From the NCBI GenBank assembly GCA_047495785.1, contig JBLDXI010000029.1, positions 1,426,001 through 1,490,000 of the forward strand: DNA of 64,000 nucleotides, read 5' to 3'. Made by a program: the position numbers and the translations under genes. A model generated the notes under the pieces. That model did not search any database, was not told the origin of the DNA, and worked only from the letters and a program-made list of their open reading frames with translations. The DNA comes from Lepidodermella squamata (Eukaryota > Animalia > Gastrotricha). This document shows, piece by piece, positions 1 through 10,394 of this stretch (positions are counted from its first letter, which is position 1; the number at the start of each line of letters is the position of its first letter).

Positions 1-1525
1 GAAATATGCAACTTGAGAACTGATTGAAATGACTCCATTTGATATAGATTCGCCTCTTTCTCAGGATAATCATGACCTTTATGTGGAGAAGAATTTCGAA
101 ACCTGAAATAACAGCGATAATGATAAACCAGGCCAGCGGGACCTGGCGCGTTGTCAAGCTTGTGCTTGGTGAGTCTTTTGGCATGTCTCCAGGAGTCAGT
201 GCATTCAACTCGATAAAACTGAAAGATCTCGGATCTGTTACATTGGTAGCATTTTCTTGGAGGGATGAGCGATATCTAACCACCAACCCTTTACCTCGAT
301 GCCAATTCATTATCACCTGAGGCTCGTAATCCCACTCTAACCGCTTCGAGTAGCGAAAACTTCCGTATCTCAGTCCTCTGAAGTTGACCAGACTTGCTGA
401 TAGATTCGCTATTTTCATGACAAGTTCCGGGTTTTTGGCATAGTCGCGAAGGGTCAAGTTCATGCGCTTCAGCTGCCGTTCAGTTTCGTTAAGGACGACA
501 ATGCTCTGGAGAGCAGCGTCGTAGCAAGCGTGTCGAAAAACATCCCCATCCCGCGGGGCGACTCCAGTTCGTTGGAGCATCATCTCATCGAAAGATACCA
601 AACTATTTCCGAGTTCATCAACGCCAGAAGAAGTCGTTGGATTAGCAGCTCCAATTAACAATAGCGACCGGAGTTGCTCAAGGTAGACACTTTGGTTACA
701 TCCTGGCGGATACAACTGGTTAGTAACAGGGTCTATAAAGATTATCGGTGAGATTAGGAACATGTACCTCGGCCCACTAAGTCCGTTTCTATGGGCCATG
801 CAAAGAAAAGCAAGAGTTTGCCTGCCATCAGAGCTTTCAAGGGCGAATATCCGAATATCATCCCGTTTAAAGGATAACATCATCTCATCAGAAATATCAA
901 TGAACGCTTCAAATCGTTGCACCCTAAGTCCGGCGGCTACTGCAATGTCGTAGAAGAGTATACCGTTTTCGACTGCAAAACTGTTAGCTAAAGCCACGAC
1001 TATGGCCAGTTTCCGCCAAGGAGTGAGTCTCTTGATGAAATGAAGGCGAACAACTAGGCCGAGCTCTGTTGAACCTCGAACACGATACATATTCGGGTAA
1101 ATGTTTCGTTTAGCTGTCTGAGCTGGGGATGTGCAAGACCCTGCGATCATCACCATGTTCAAATGATGAGCGATCGATCCCCAAGCCTTGCAACCGGGTG
1201 TTGCAATGGCACCAACCGTAACCGGGGCAATGAAGCTGCGGTTCCGTCCTGAATAAGGTAGATTTTCCCGCACAATATTCACCCCAGCTGCGGCTGCGCT
1301 GGCGGATTGAAGATCCTCGTCTCGTATGTCGAACTCGACTTGGTATCCAGGGAGTAGATTTTGTGAGTTTGCCATTTCTCCGACATATTTGACTGCCAGG
1401 CGGCACCTTTCGAAACTCGGTGGATATTGCGCCAAAATTACCAACCGGTCAGGAATCGCAGTGGCGGTGAATTCGAAAACAGTTAGTAACAACACGCACA
1501 ACAGCAGAGTCTGCAAAGCCAGCAT
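1..1525 (-). CDS. Class C (GABA-B-like) GPCR, subfamily A, 3'-truncated by window edge
   Basis: Not in the ORF track because no stop lies in the window. ATG at 1525 reads MLALQTLLLCVLLLTVFEFTATAIPDRLVILAQYPPSFERCRLAVKYVG...GCKAWGSIAH...YPNMYRVRG. Colinear with 11965..14226 at a constant offset of 12701 nt (position 1 = 12702). Confidence 0.9.
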   Translation of the reverse strand, partial: MLALQTLLLCVLLLTVFEFTATAIPDRLVILAQYPPSFERCRLAVKYVGEMANSQNLLPGYQVEFDIRDEDLQSASAAAAGVNIVRENLPYSGRNRSFIAPVTVGAIATPGCKAWGSIAHHLNMVMIAGSCTSPAQTAKRNIYPNMYRVRGSTELGLVVRLHFIKRLTPWRKLAIVVALANSFAVENGILFYDIAVAAGLRVQRFEAFIDISDEMMLSFKRDDIRIFALESSDGRQTLAFLCMAHRNGLSGPRYMFLISPIIFIDPVTNQLYPPGCNQSVYLEQLRSLLLIGAANPTTSSGVDELGNSLVSFDEMMLQRTGVAPRDGDVFRHACYDAALQSIVVLNETERQLKRMNLTLRDYAKNPELVMKIANLSASLVNFRGLRYGSFRYSKRLEWDYEPQVIMNWHRGKGLVVRYRSSLQENATNVTDPRSFSFIELNALTPGDMPKDSPSTSLTTRQVPLAWFIIIAVISGFEILLHIKVMIILRKRRIYIKWSHFNQFSSCIF

Positions 1526-1809
1526 ATTCGCTCTCGTTTTGAGGAGTTGAAGAGTTGAAGAAGCTGCACTGAATTCGTTAGCTCTACAATTTTTCGTGCT
1601 CGAAGCTCCTATTCGAGGCTAATTCTCAATTTGACAAAGCGTGGTTTATGTGTCGGGCGGAATGCTCACGGGCTTAATTTTTCATAAGAAAAGCACGACC
1701 TTATGTAGTTAATTGGCTGAAAAAATGTGTTGGAAATCGAGCAACGCCACTAGTTCTGATTATCCAAGAAATTCAGCAGAGTTTTCTTTTGAACTCAGGC
1801 GGGCAACTA

Positions 1810-3300
1810 CACTGTAAAAAATAGGGGGGTGATTACCCCGAATTTACTCCATTCAATTGTATGGCGCTTGGGGGGTAAAATGCACACGGGGTGCATTGAA
1901 ATTACTCCTCAGAGTTTTTTTCGTAAGGATTATTTACCACAGAGAGGGTAATTATCTTCCAGCATGTCTTTCATTGCTGAGGGGTAATTACCCTGAAATT
2001 ATTCCTAATTATTTCAATTAAATTGTTAGGAATTATTTTTGAATAAATATTCAAGCAATAAATTATTTTTAATTATTCAATTAAATAATCAATTATTCGA
2101 ATTAATAAGGAGGGTCCCAAGGTATCAGGATGGCACCACATGCCAACAAGTTTAAACTTCTAAAACTTTTAAATTTTCTTCTTTTCATTGCACAATGTTA
2201 ATGAATGATTTGAGCTAGTTTTTTGCAAACAAGCCTTTCTGTGCCGCAACGAATGCGAGCGAGTCGAACAATTTGCATATGCACATGGCTGAGTTCAGCC
2301 ATTATTTAGAATTCGGCTGATTTGAGTTATGAGATTGAATGCATTTCGCAAAGCAAATCGATAAAGTTAATACTCCAACGTTGCACCACCGAATAGCGCT
2401 AGCTCAATTGGGAAGCCACTGCTGATTGAGTGGAGGTGATATTTTAAAGGTGAAAAACTGACTTGAATATTGACTAGGTGGAGCTTCTTAATTGCTTTGA
2501 TTAATTGCTTAGGCATTGCAGTTAATTTGAGTTGAACCAGTCATTACATTTAGATTTATTTTATTAAGATTTAGCGAGGACCCTGTTACTAATTGAGAGC
2601 TATAATCTAGAATCCAATTGAAGAACGATTTTGGAGAGTTAGCGATGCCAGCCACGTTGCCGGCACTAAAATTAGCTGAAATTTTGCGCCATCCCATAGA
2701 TCTTGAAAATTAGCTGCGATCATTGGTTATTTGTGTTTATGTTTAAAATCCAACCCTGAAATAACTCGGCTATGGTAAACCGTATATACCGTATTATCAG
2801 GGAGGGACTTCTAATTTATTCAGGGACCTTTTTTGCCTGGCTTAGGTGACTGCAAAATCGATATCAAAATCTCTGAAAGGATCTTACTGCGCATCATATC
2901 AGCGCTGCAAATACGAAGGTACATATACGGTAAAATTCAGACTCAGGATGTCATTGTGTTTTTGACCATCCTCGACCATGAGATATTTACCAGAGTTTAT
3001 CCTCAACTTTTTTTACTTATGCTAACATGTTTTAGAGGTTTATAACACTAATATTTCATAATTAAAAATCAAATAAATAATTTATTTATTGAAATAAAAT
3101 TAACAAATTTGCGCGAGGGTGATTGCCCTTAGATTGCCACCCAAGAAAAGAATTGCCACAGTTAATTACCACCCAAGGGTATTTACCCCACTTTTACCTT
3201 GGAGCGAATTACCACAAAGAGATAGGCGGGAGCATTTACTCCTCAAAAAATTGAAAAAGGGTAAATACCCAGGGTAATCAGCACCCTATTTTTTACAGTG
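1810..3300. mobile_element. Non-autonomous DNA transposon with CACTG termini (CMC/EnSpm-like)
   Basis: TIR CACTGTAAAAAATAGGG...CCCTATTTTTTACAGTG flanked by TA on both sides; many subterminal TTACC/GGTAA repeats; absent from the paralogous site near 14510 (empty site). Confidence 0.85.
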
Positions 3301-3472
3301 TAGTTATTAACGTTAGATGACGCACATCCACAGCGTTTTTTATGTTTTTCAATTTTCAATCCACTCAAAAATAATGGGTAATTCGAAACTTCAGAATTCA
3401 TTTATCATTTGCCAACTATAACGCATAATGAATTTATGCGCACAAGGAAGAGGGTTCAAAACGATTGCAATA

Positions 3473-4334
3473 CTACTTCAAGTTAGCGAACCGCACCAAT
3501 TCTATCAATTTCGTCACTTCATTTCTACATTGGAGCAGTTGAATAAAATCACGGGGAAGAGCTTGAACCAAACTTCCTAGCACCATAACCGTCACAGATA
3601 GAGCCAGCGATTTCTCCTCGACAAAATCCGTCTCGCAATCAAGAATTCGAGACAGATACATCAAGACAGCCTCGTATTTACGATAGTTCGAATGGTTGCC
3701 TTCGAAAGCAGGCCAGTTTTCGGGTGGCTCAGTTTTCGCAGCGACGGCAATCAGTAAGTTGCAAGTATTTCGCAGGTCGTAGGTCAGGGGAGCCTCAAGT
3801 TGCCCGACTCTTTCAATAAGAACCCTAAAAATTATCTTTGAAGCTGCTGATTCTAAAAATTCTGCTTGATAATGCCGAGTCATGAAGTAACTCTCGGGTC
3901 GCTTTGACCTTGCAGCCCTCTTTCAGTGCCATTGCGACCATTCGAATGCAAGATATTCAACCCCAGAAGGAACCCGATGGCCGACCTCAAATTCAACAGC
4001 CCCCTAGCAAATCGTATCTTCGGGTGTTGAGAAGAGCATCGATAATGGGTAGTAATTTCTTATCAGCCGGTGACTCGACCAAACGTTCAAATGTTTCGAA
4101 ATCGCCGTCGTTTTTAGCGTGATAAGCTGCGGCGGAGTGGAAGGTTTCAAGCAAGTAAATTTCGTTGAGTTTGGCGTGCCATTTACCGAGGCTCATTGTG
4201 CCATTCGTCACAGCGACGGAGTCGATTGGCTTCAGAGCACGTTGCCATTCGTTTGCGATTGTCAGCTCGCGACTGGCGGATTTCGAGTTGCCAGAGCGCA
4301 TGATTTTGTTGAAAGTCTTCACGTGCTTGGCCAT
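3473..4334 (-). pseudogene. Rearranged/chimeric member of the unknown 'RYDL(I/L)G' family
   Basis: ORF 3993..4334 gives the family N-terminus up to RRYDLLG, which joins directly and out of frame to AVEFEVG; 3473..3883 matches the C-terminus of 14674..15972; the central ~140 codons are missing and there are further indels. Confidence 0.8.
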
Positions 4335-5126
4335 ATTTTTATATCAGCCTAGAAATTCGTAAAAATAGTTTGCTGTTGACTTGTATAATTTTATCCTTGA
4401 ATAATATCTAAATCCAATTATTATTTAATATTCAAAATATAAGGGAAAAATTGGGAGATCCCTAGTAATCAGAGCGGGTCTTAAGCGGACGAGAAATGAG
4501 GAAATTAGGAATTTAAAAGTAAAACAAAGAAAATTCTATTAACTTTAAAAACCGGTTCTAATATTTAAACTAGTTCATATGTTACCTCGAACGCGAACTA
4601 TGTTTCCTCCTCCAATAACTGGTTTATTTATTTAACAAACTTCATGCTTAGGGTGAAGGATTACTGCAAAACTGTCAACGTAAGTGACACAGGCTGTTGT
4701 TTTGTCTCAGAGACACAGGTGAAACTAAACAAGATGTGACTCCAGGTGTGACTCCGCCATACATGAAAATTGTTCAACAAATTTCAGTTAAATTCATTGA
4801 AAGATTGGGAAACTTGTAGCGCAATCCCCAGCGTCTCAACAACGTTTTTCGAAGTTAAAAACATAAGAAAATTCTGATAATTAGGTTCTTGTCAAGATGA
4901 TTCATCGGCAAGTAAATATTTTGACTTGTGAAATTTTCGAAGTTCGTCTAAATTTCGCGCTCATTCAGCGGGGCATCATTGAACGCTCTTCGCGGAAAAC
5001 TGCAACTCGAGATTCACCACTGGTTCCCCGGTCGTACATGGGAATAGGCAACGATTTCCGTAAATTCAAGAAAATATATCTCTTAAAAATTTCAACGATA
5101 AAAAATAAAATTTGCTGATGACTGTT

Positions 5127-5310
5127 CGTTTTGGCGTCGTTGAATAACTCGGATGTAGACAATTGTCAGTTTCGAGGTAGAATGTTGGAAGTGGAAAGCG
5201 ATTTGCTTTTGCTTCTTCGTTCACGTAAAAACACCATAATTTACTTGTCATCCGTCGCCTTGAAACTGAAGTAAACAAGCTTAAATCCGAGTTATTCAAC
5301 GACGCTAACG
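5127..5310. mobile_element. Short MITE (same family as 16011..16216)
   Basis: Inverted ends GCGTCGTTGAATAACTCGGAT / ATCCGAGTTATTCAACGACGC; a second copy with similar ends lies at 16011..16216. Confidence 0.65.
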
Positions 5311-5482
5311 TGTTGTAACGGCTTGGACCATTTTTACTGCGAAATTTGGCCTCGAATCTTGGATGTATACATAAGAATGCAAAGAACAAAGAACGAAAAA
5401 AAGTTGCATTTCAATCTTTGATTTTGAAAATATCCTTTTATTTCAAAATTTTGAACAAATTAGCCACCGATGTATAATGCAT

Positions 5483-6685
5483 TTAATAGTCAAAGGAGAG
5501 AAAAAACGACGTCAGAATAGCAACAAAAATTAATGAACAAGAAATAGCCAGCCAAGTCTCAATTGAAGCCATAGAAGCCACAGATTTCGCTCGATCAATT
5601 TGGCTGTCGATGAAAGTCTTTGGAACAACAACAACCTCATTGACCGCAATTCTCCTCTCCGGATCGACACTGGCCAGAAGATCTTGACAAGCTTTTTCGA
5701 AGCCAGCAGAGTCCGATTCCCGGGTTTCATTCGGAGAGAATTCCTTCAGCGCTTCAGACAGCTTCTCGTCTGCCTTAATTTTCTTCAGTTTGTCGAATTC
5801 ATCTCTGATTTCATCAGCAGCCTTCACAGCTCGGGACAGCTGGACGACAACATTTGTGAAAGCGTTCCCGATTGAATCAACGTCAACGCCTCGAACGGTG
5901 AGCGAAATATTTCGCTGTAAAATCGATTTAAATCGATCTTTACCAAGCCAGAATTTGACAAATTGCGACGGCTGGATGTGATCAATATCAGCGAGAAAAT
6001 ACCGAGATCGATTATTCGCCATAGCCAAACTGCAAGCCGCCATCATCATTCCAACTCGATGGCCCTCTTCGACCTCGCCATTTTGAAAAATAAATGAGGT
6101 CAACTTCAAAAATTGCGATAAAAGTTCATGTGAATTTGCGAGATTATTGAAATGATCTCCATATTCATCGCGATCGGTTAGAAAAATCGCCGATAATAAT
6201 TCGCAGATTTTTTTGATGTAACTCTGCCGCCTCAGGCCTCGTCTCGGGTGTTCGAAAATGAAGAGTAATTTGAACACAAATTGTTGGACGTATTCAGAAT
6301 TTGACAGGAAATATCGCCCGATTAAATCGTAGCGTTTCAGCTCGAGAAGTTCGAAACAAATTGGGACCAGTTTTTGGTCGCCGCTAGATTCGAGCAGGGT
6401 GTCGAAAGCTTCGAAATCGCCACTGCCCCAAGCTCCGAGCATGGCGGACATTTGGATGGATTCAATTGAGACAACTTCAGCCAGTGTCGTTTGTCAGATT
6501 TCGTCGCTGATTGAGCCGTTGAGCAGTTGACCGCGGGAAATAGGTTGAAGTACTCGGCGCCATTCGGTGACGACTTTTTCGGCTAAACAGGCCTCACTAG
6601 CGGCGATGCTGCGGTGAGCTGAATAGGTTTGCCTAGCTCTTGGCTGCCCGCGAAAAATTACTAGTAAAATTATTAGTCTCGGCAT
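5483..6685 (-). pseudogene. 'RYDL(I/L)G' family member with N-terminal hydrophobic leader and C-terminal TM helix; one in-frame TGA (pseudogene or readthrough)
   Basis: ORFs 6494..6685 and 5483..6451 are in the same frame, separated by TGA (6494-6496) and 14 open codons; the TGA aligns with a Trp conserved in the other three members. Confidence 0.7.
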
Positions 6686-6944
6686 GCTATGGAAGACAAT
6701 AAACGCGTCATTATTCGGCGTATATTATTTTCCGAAAAATGACGAAAATTCAGGCTAAATTCAACATTTTTAATAATTCGAGGCAAAGGTCTAAAATATT
6801 GTGTCCGGTTATTCTGTTAATCTGGGGGTTTTGCTAACACTTTGGCTATGCTGTATTTTGAGAGCATGTTTGTACCTGAAATTCAGTTGAGGATATGAAG
6901 CCTTGTAGCCATACCACAGGAGGTGAATTTTAAGACCTAGCCTC

Positions 6945-6983
6945 CAACCCAAACCTAACCCAAATCTAACCCTAACCCTAACC
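6945..6983. repeat. Degenerate (CCCTAA)n-like microsatellite
   Basis: CAACCCAAACCTAACCCAAATCTAACCCTAACCCTAACC, about 6 imperfect units. Confidence 0.6.
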
Positions 6984-8123
6984 AGTTAAACAACGAATAA
7001 AATGGTTAGGTATTGAATTAAATGAAATTAGGCACTAAGATTTACGTGCGGTTCATGGAATTCAAGAAATTAACTTTTTCCTCGCTTCTCGTTTCAGATC
7101 CATCGGCAATCTGGTGCACGCTATCATTGCAGCACCTGTCGTCTGTTGACGGTAAATGGCAAGCTGCGGCGAACAGCCGATTCCGTCAGGTAAACAGCTA
7201 AATCAGAGGCAATAATATGGACACGCCAGTACATTTATGAGTGCTCATCACGATGTTTTCCTTCTTCGGTCGCGCGACGGAAGAAATAACTTGATTGGAG
7301 TAATAATCCGTGTATCGCTATTTATTTAAATCTCAATTAGAAGATTGGAATTTTTATTGGTTTTTACATTTGCCCATAGGGTAAAAGCTCCCAATCTCGC
7401 TTAGTTTCTGACACTCTTCAGTCTTACCTGCACATGCCAGCCAAACGAGCGGTGAACTCCTTATAGCTAAAAAAATTACTTTTAAAATGAATGCTCACTC
7501 GCGAACAAATTCCTCACCAAAATCATGAAGTGCGCGCGAAAAATTGAAATCACGTAATTTTGGAAGCCTGTAACTTGTAATGGCTAGGGTTTTCGACCCC
7601 GTAGAACACGAATTTCACTGCAGTTGAGCTTTTGAACGACGGCGATTAATCCATTTACTAAAATAGATGGTTATTCTGCCAGAACGTTAGTTAAGCCAAT
7701 ATTTGTATTAATCATCAATTCTATAGCGAACTTCTCCGATTCATTTTCTCCGATTTTCTGTGAATTTAGAATTCGGCCTAGAAACCAAATTTAATACCAC
7801 TGCATGGTTGGAGGATTCAACCTGAACCTTTGTGTAAAGCATGTGCGGCGCACGCACAGTTGCAACAAGTCCGGAGAAGGCTCACTAAGTTATGCAATAG
7901 AAAGACAATCAATCAATATTATCATTAATACCATTGTTGGAGGTTTGAGAAATCGCATAAAATCGGACAAAATAAATCCAAGTTCGCTCCAAGTAAGATC
8001 ATAAAATAGCTGCGCTCTTAGAATGAAGAATCTACTGCCCTGGAAAAGTCTTTCAAGTTAACTTTCTTCGAATTTCGTATAGCAGCTGTCAGGGTTTATT
8101 TGCGAATAACCAGTTCCTTAACT

Positions 8124-10394
8124 CTAAATGTGTCGTGTCTTTGCTGGGCAGAAGCGTATTTTCTTCTGATTTTTTCTGATTTTCTTTCTATTTTCGTTAT
8201 AATGGAATACGCCATCAGAAACTGAAGCGATCATCACAATGATGGACAGGAAAAGGTCGAAGTAATAACTGGGCGCAATGATGTAGCCAACAGCTGTCGA
8301 AGCTGCAAAAAGGCTCGATGCTACGGCGAACGACAAATTACGAAGTCGAAATGCCGGGCGTTTTTTCATCAAGTTTCGATGCGACTGCATGCGCAAGATA
8401 AAGATGAAGCACATAAACATCACGGTGACATAGAGACATAGAAGAGTCGCTATCCAATTACCAGCCCACGTAGATTCGCAGACAACTGCATCCGTCGTGA
8501 GATAAGTGTCGATAGCTGGGTCGTAAACAAGAGCAGACTTTGACATTGTCGAAGTTGTGACCGGGTCTACAACGAACCAGATGACCAAGACGATCAAATT
8601 GATAGTGACAAATGCTAAAGTGACGGGTATGACCAGTTTATCGCTGTTTCCAATCAATAGAGGCGAAACAGCTGCCCGTACTGTAAGCGTGCTTTCAGTC
8701 GATCTCAAAACAGCAGACTCAATGAAATGTGAGTTGATGACAAGATATCGGCTATTGGACATGATTTTACCGGCAGACAGCCCGAATAGCAACGAAGCTC
8801 CTATTATCAGGGATGTAAAAGCTAGTTGGCAAGACCTTTCCGAACGCTGATGGAAAGTGGTGGGGAAAGAACAAGCTGCAATAGCGAGAAAACCGTAACC
8901 AGACAGCAAAACAAACGATTTGACAGAAAGTTTCATTTTCCACCAAAGAAATACCGCTAGCATAATGAACTGTGATATGGCTGTCGAAGACACGACTGCG
9001 AAAACAGGTAGCGAGATTCCTTCATGTCTTGTCTCATATCTCGGCGAATCAGAAGGCATGGTCTCTGGACTCATAGGAAAGATAGTTCTGAACACGAAAG
9101 CATCGCTCGCTGTGTTGTTTGTCGCATTTGCTGCTAAAGATCCGACGTAGCGAACTTCAAGACCTATGCCTAGCTTCCATGTCATAACGGCCTGAGGTTC
9201 GTAATCCCATTCCAAGCGATTCGAGTAACGAAAATCCCCGAATCTGAGGCTGCGATACCGTATAGAGCTCGTTGATTCATTCGCGATTTTCATAACTAGT
9301 TCGGGGTGATCCCTGTAGTCCTTTAGGCTCATGTTCATCGCTGATAATCGCTTCTCTGTTTCATTGAGCACCATGATAACCTCTAGGGCGGCGTCGTAGC
9401 AGACGTGGCGAAATCCTTCTCCTACTCGAGACATGTTACTAGCGGCAAGAAGACTCTCAAAGCCAGCCTGTGTATTCCCGAGCTCATCAACAATCGACGA
9501 GAGACCAGGGGCTGCTTCAGCTGATCCAATAATCAACGTTGTTTTAAGCTGCTCCATATACATACTCCTCGTACATCCAGAAGGATAGATTTGGTCGACA
9601 TATGGTTCCAGGAAGGAGATGGCTTGAATCAAAAACATGTATCTTGGTCCGGTGATTCCATGTTTGAAGGCCAAGCATAAAAATGTGATAACCATGACTC
9701 CATCGGAGTTCTCAAAGGCGAAAATTCGAACGTCGTCCTTCCTGAAAGATTCCATTATCTCGGCATTCAAGTCGCTGAATGCCTCGAATGGTTGGATTTT
9801 CAAACCAGAGCTAACCGCTAGACTATGGAAGAATGTACCAGCTTCGACTGTATAAGGATTGCCGAGATCCATCACAATGGCAATTTTTCTCCACGTAGTA
9901 AATTGCTTGATGAAATGAAGACGAGCGATCAGGCCGAGTTCAGCCGGACATCGAACTCGGTACATATTCGGGTACAAATCTCGACGGGCTGTTTGAGACG
10001 GAGCTACACAAGAACCGGCTATCATAACCATGTTCATAAATCCGGCAATAGATCCCCAAGCTTTACATCCAGCTGTAGCGATAGGGCCTACACTTACCGG
10101 AGAGACGTAGTATGATTCGTTTCTCGTGCTGGTCACGTGTTCGTTGATAAATTTAACGCCTTCAGTAGCTGGGTTCCCACTGAAAACAACTTCTCTTCTC
10201 ATATCGTAGTCAACGTGATAGCCGGGTAGTAGATTTCGCTGGTTTACGATATCTCCGACATAGAGCATAGCGTATCGGCATCTTTCTAGCTCTGATGGTA
10301 TTTGGGTTAGTATCAGCAATCGATCCGGCGATTTCGACATGATAGGTAAGATCATCACTGCTAGCACAAAGCTTGACATAGTGAGAATAATCAT
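8124..10394 (-). CDS. Class C (GABA-B-like) GPCR, subfamily A, intronless
   Basis: 756 aa; signal peptide; ANF/Venus-flytrap motifs (NQRNLLPGY, GPIATAGC, YPNMYRV, WRKIAIV, YDAA); PSD linker then seven hydrophobic segments with W-x-x-x-DP after TM4. Confidence 0.9.
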   Translation of the reverse strand: MIILTMSSFVLAVMILPIMSKSPDRLLILTQIPSELERCRYAMLYVGDIVNQRNLLPGYHVDYDMRREVVFSGNPATEGVKFINEHVTSTRNESYYVSPVSVGPIATAGCKAWGSIAGFMNMVMIAGSCVAPSQTARRDLYPNMYRVRCPAELGLIARLHFIKQFTTWRKIAIVMDLGNPYTVEAGTFFHSLAVSSGLKIQPFEAFSDLNAEIMESFRKDDVRIFAFENSDGVMVITFLCLAFKHGITGPRYMFLIQAISFLEPYVDQIYPSGCTRSMYMEQLKTTLIIGSAEAAPGLSSIVDELGNTQAGFESLLAASNMSRVGEGFRHVCYDAALEVIMVLNETEKRLSAMNMSLKDYRDHPELVMKIANESTSSIRYRSLRFGDFRYSNRLEWDYEPQAVMTWKLGIGLEVRYVGSLAANATNNTASDAFVFRTIFPMSPETMPSDSPRYETRHEGISLPVFAVVSSTAISQFIMLAVFLWWKMKLSVKSFVLLSGYGFLAIAACSFPTTFHQRSERSCQLAFTSLIIGASLLFGLSAGKIMSNSRYLVINSHFIESAVLRSTESTLTVRAAVSPLLIGNSDKLVIPVTLAFVTINLIVLVIWFVVDPVTTSTMSKSALVYDPAIDTYLTTDAVVCESTWAGNWIATLLCLYVTVMFMCFIFILRMQSHRNLMKKRPAFRLRNLSFAVASSLFAASTAVGYIIAPSYYFDLFLSIIVMIASVSDGVFHYNENRKKIRKNQKKIRFCPAKTRHI

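Noticed and set aside
72-1550. Short plus-strand ORFs repeated at 12773-14266 and similar antisense ORFs in other genes
   Set aside because: Antisense shadows of the duplicated GPCR coding sequences.
6494-6496. Alternative genetic code (TGA = Trp)
   Set aside because: TGA terminates other genes here (KLF, WD40, GPCR 38630..40948) and Trp is TGG throughout.
6945-6983. Telomere or chromosome-fusion scar
   Set aside because: Only about six degenerate units; such tracts are common inside non-autonomous elements.
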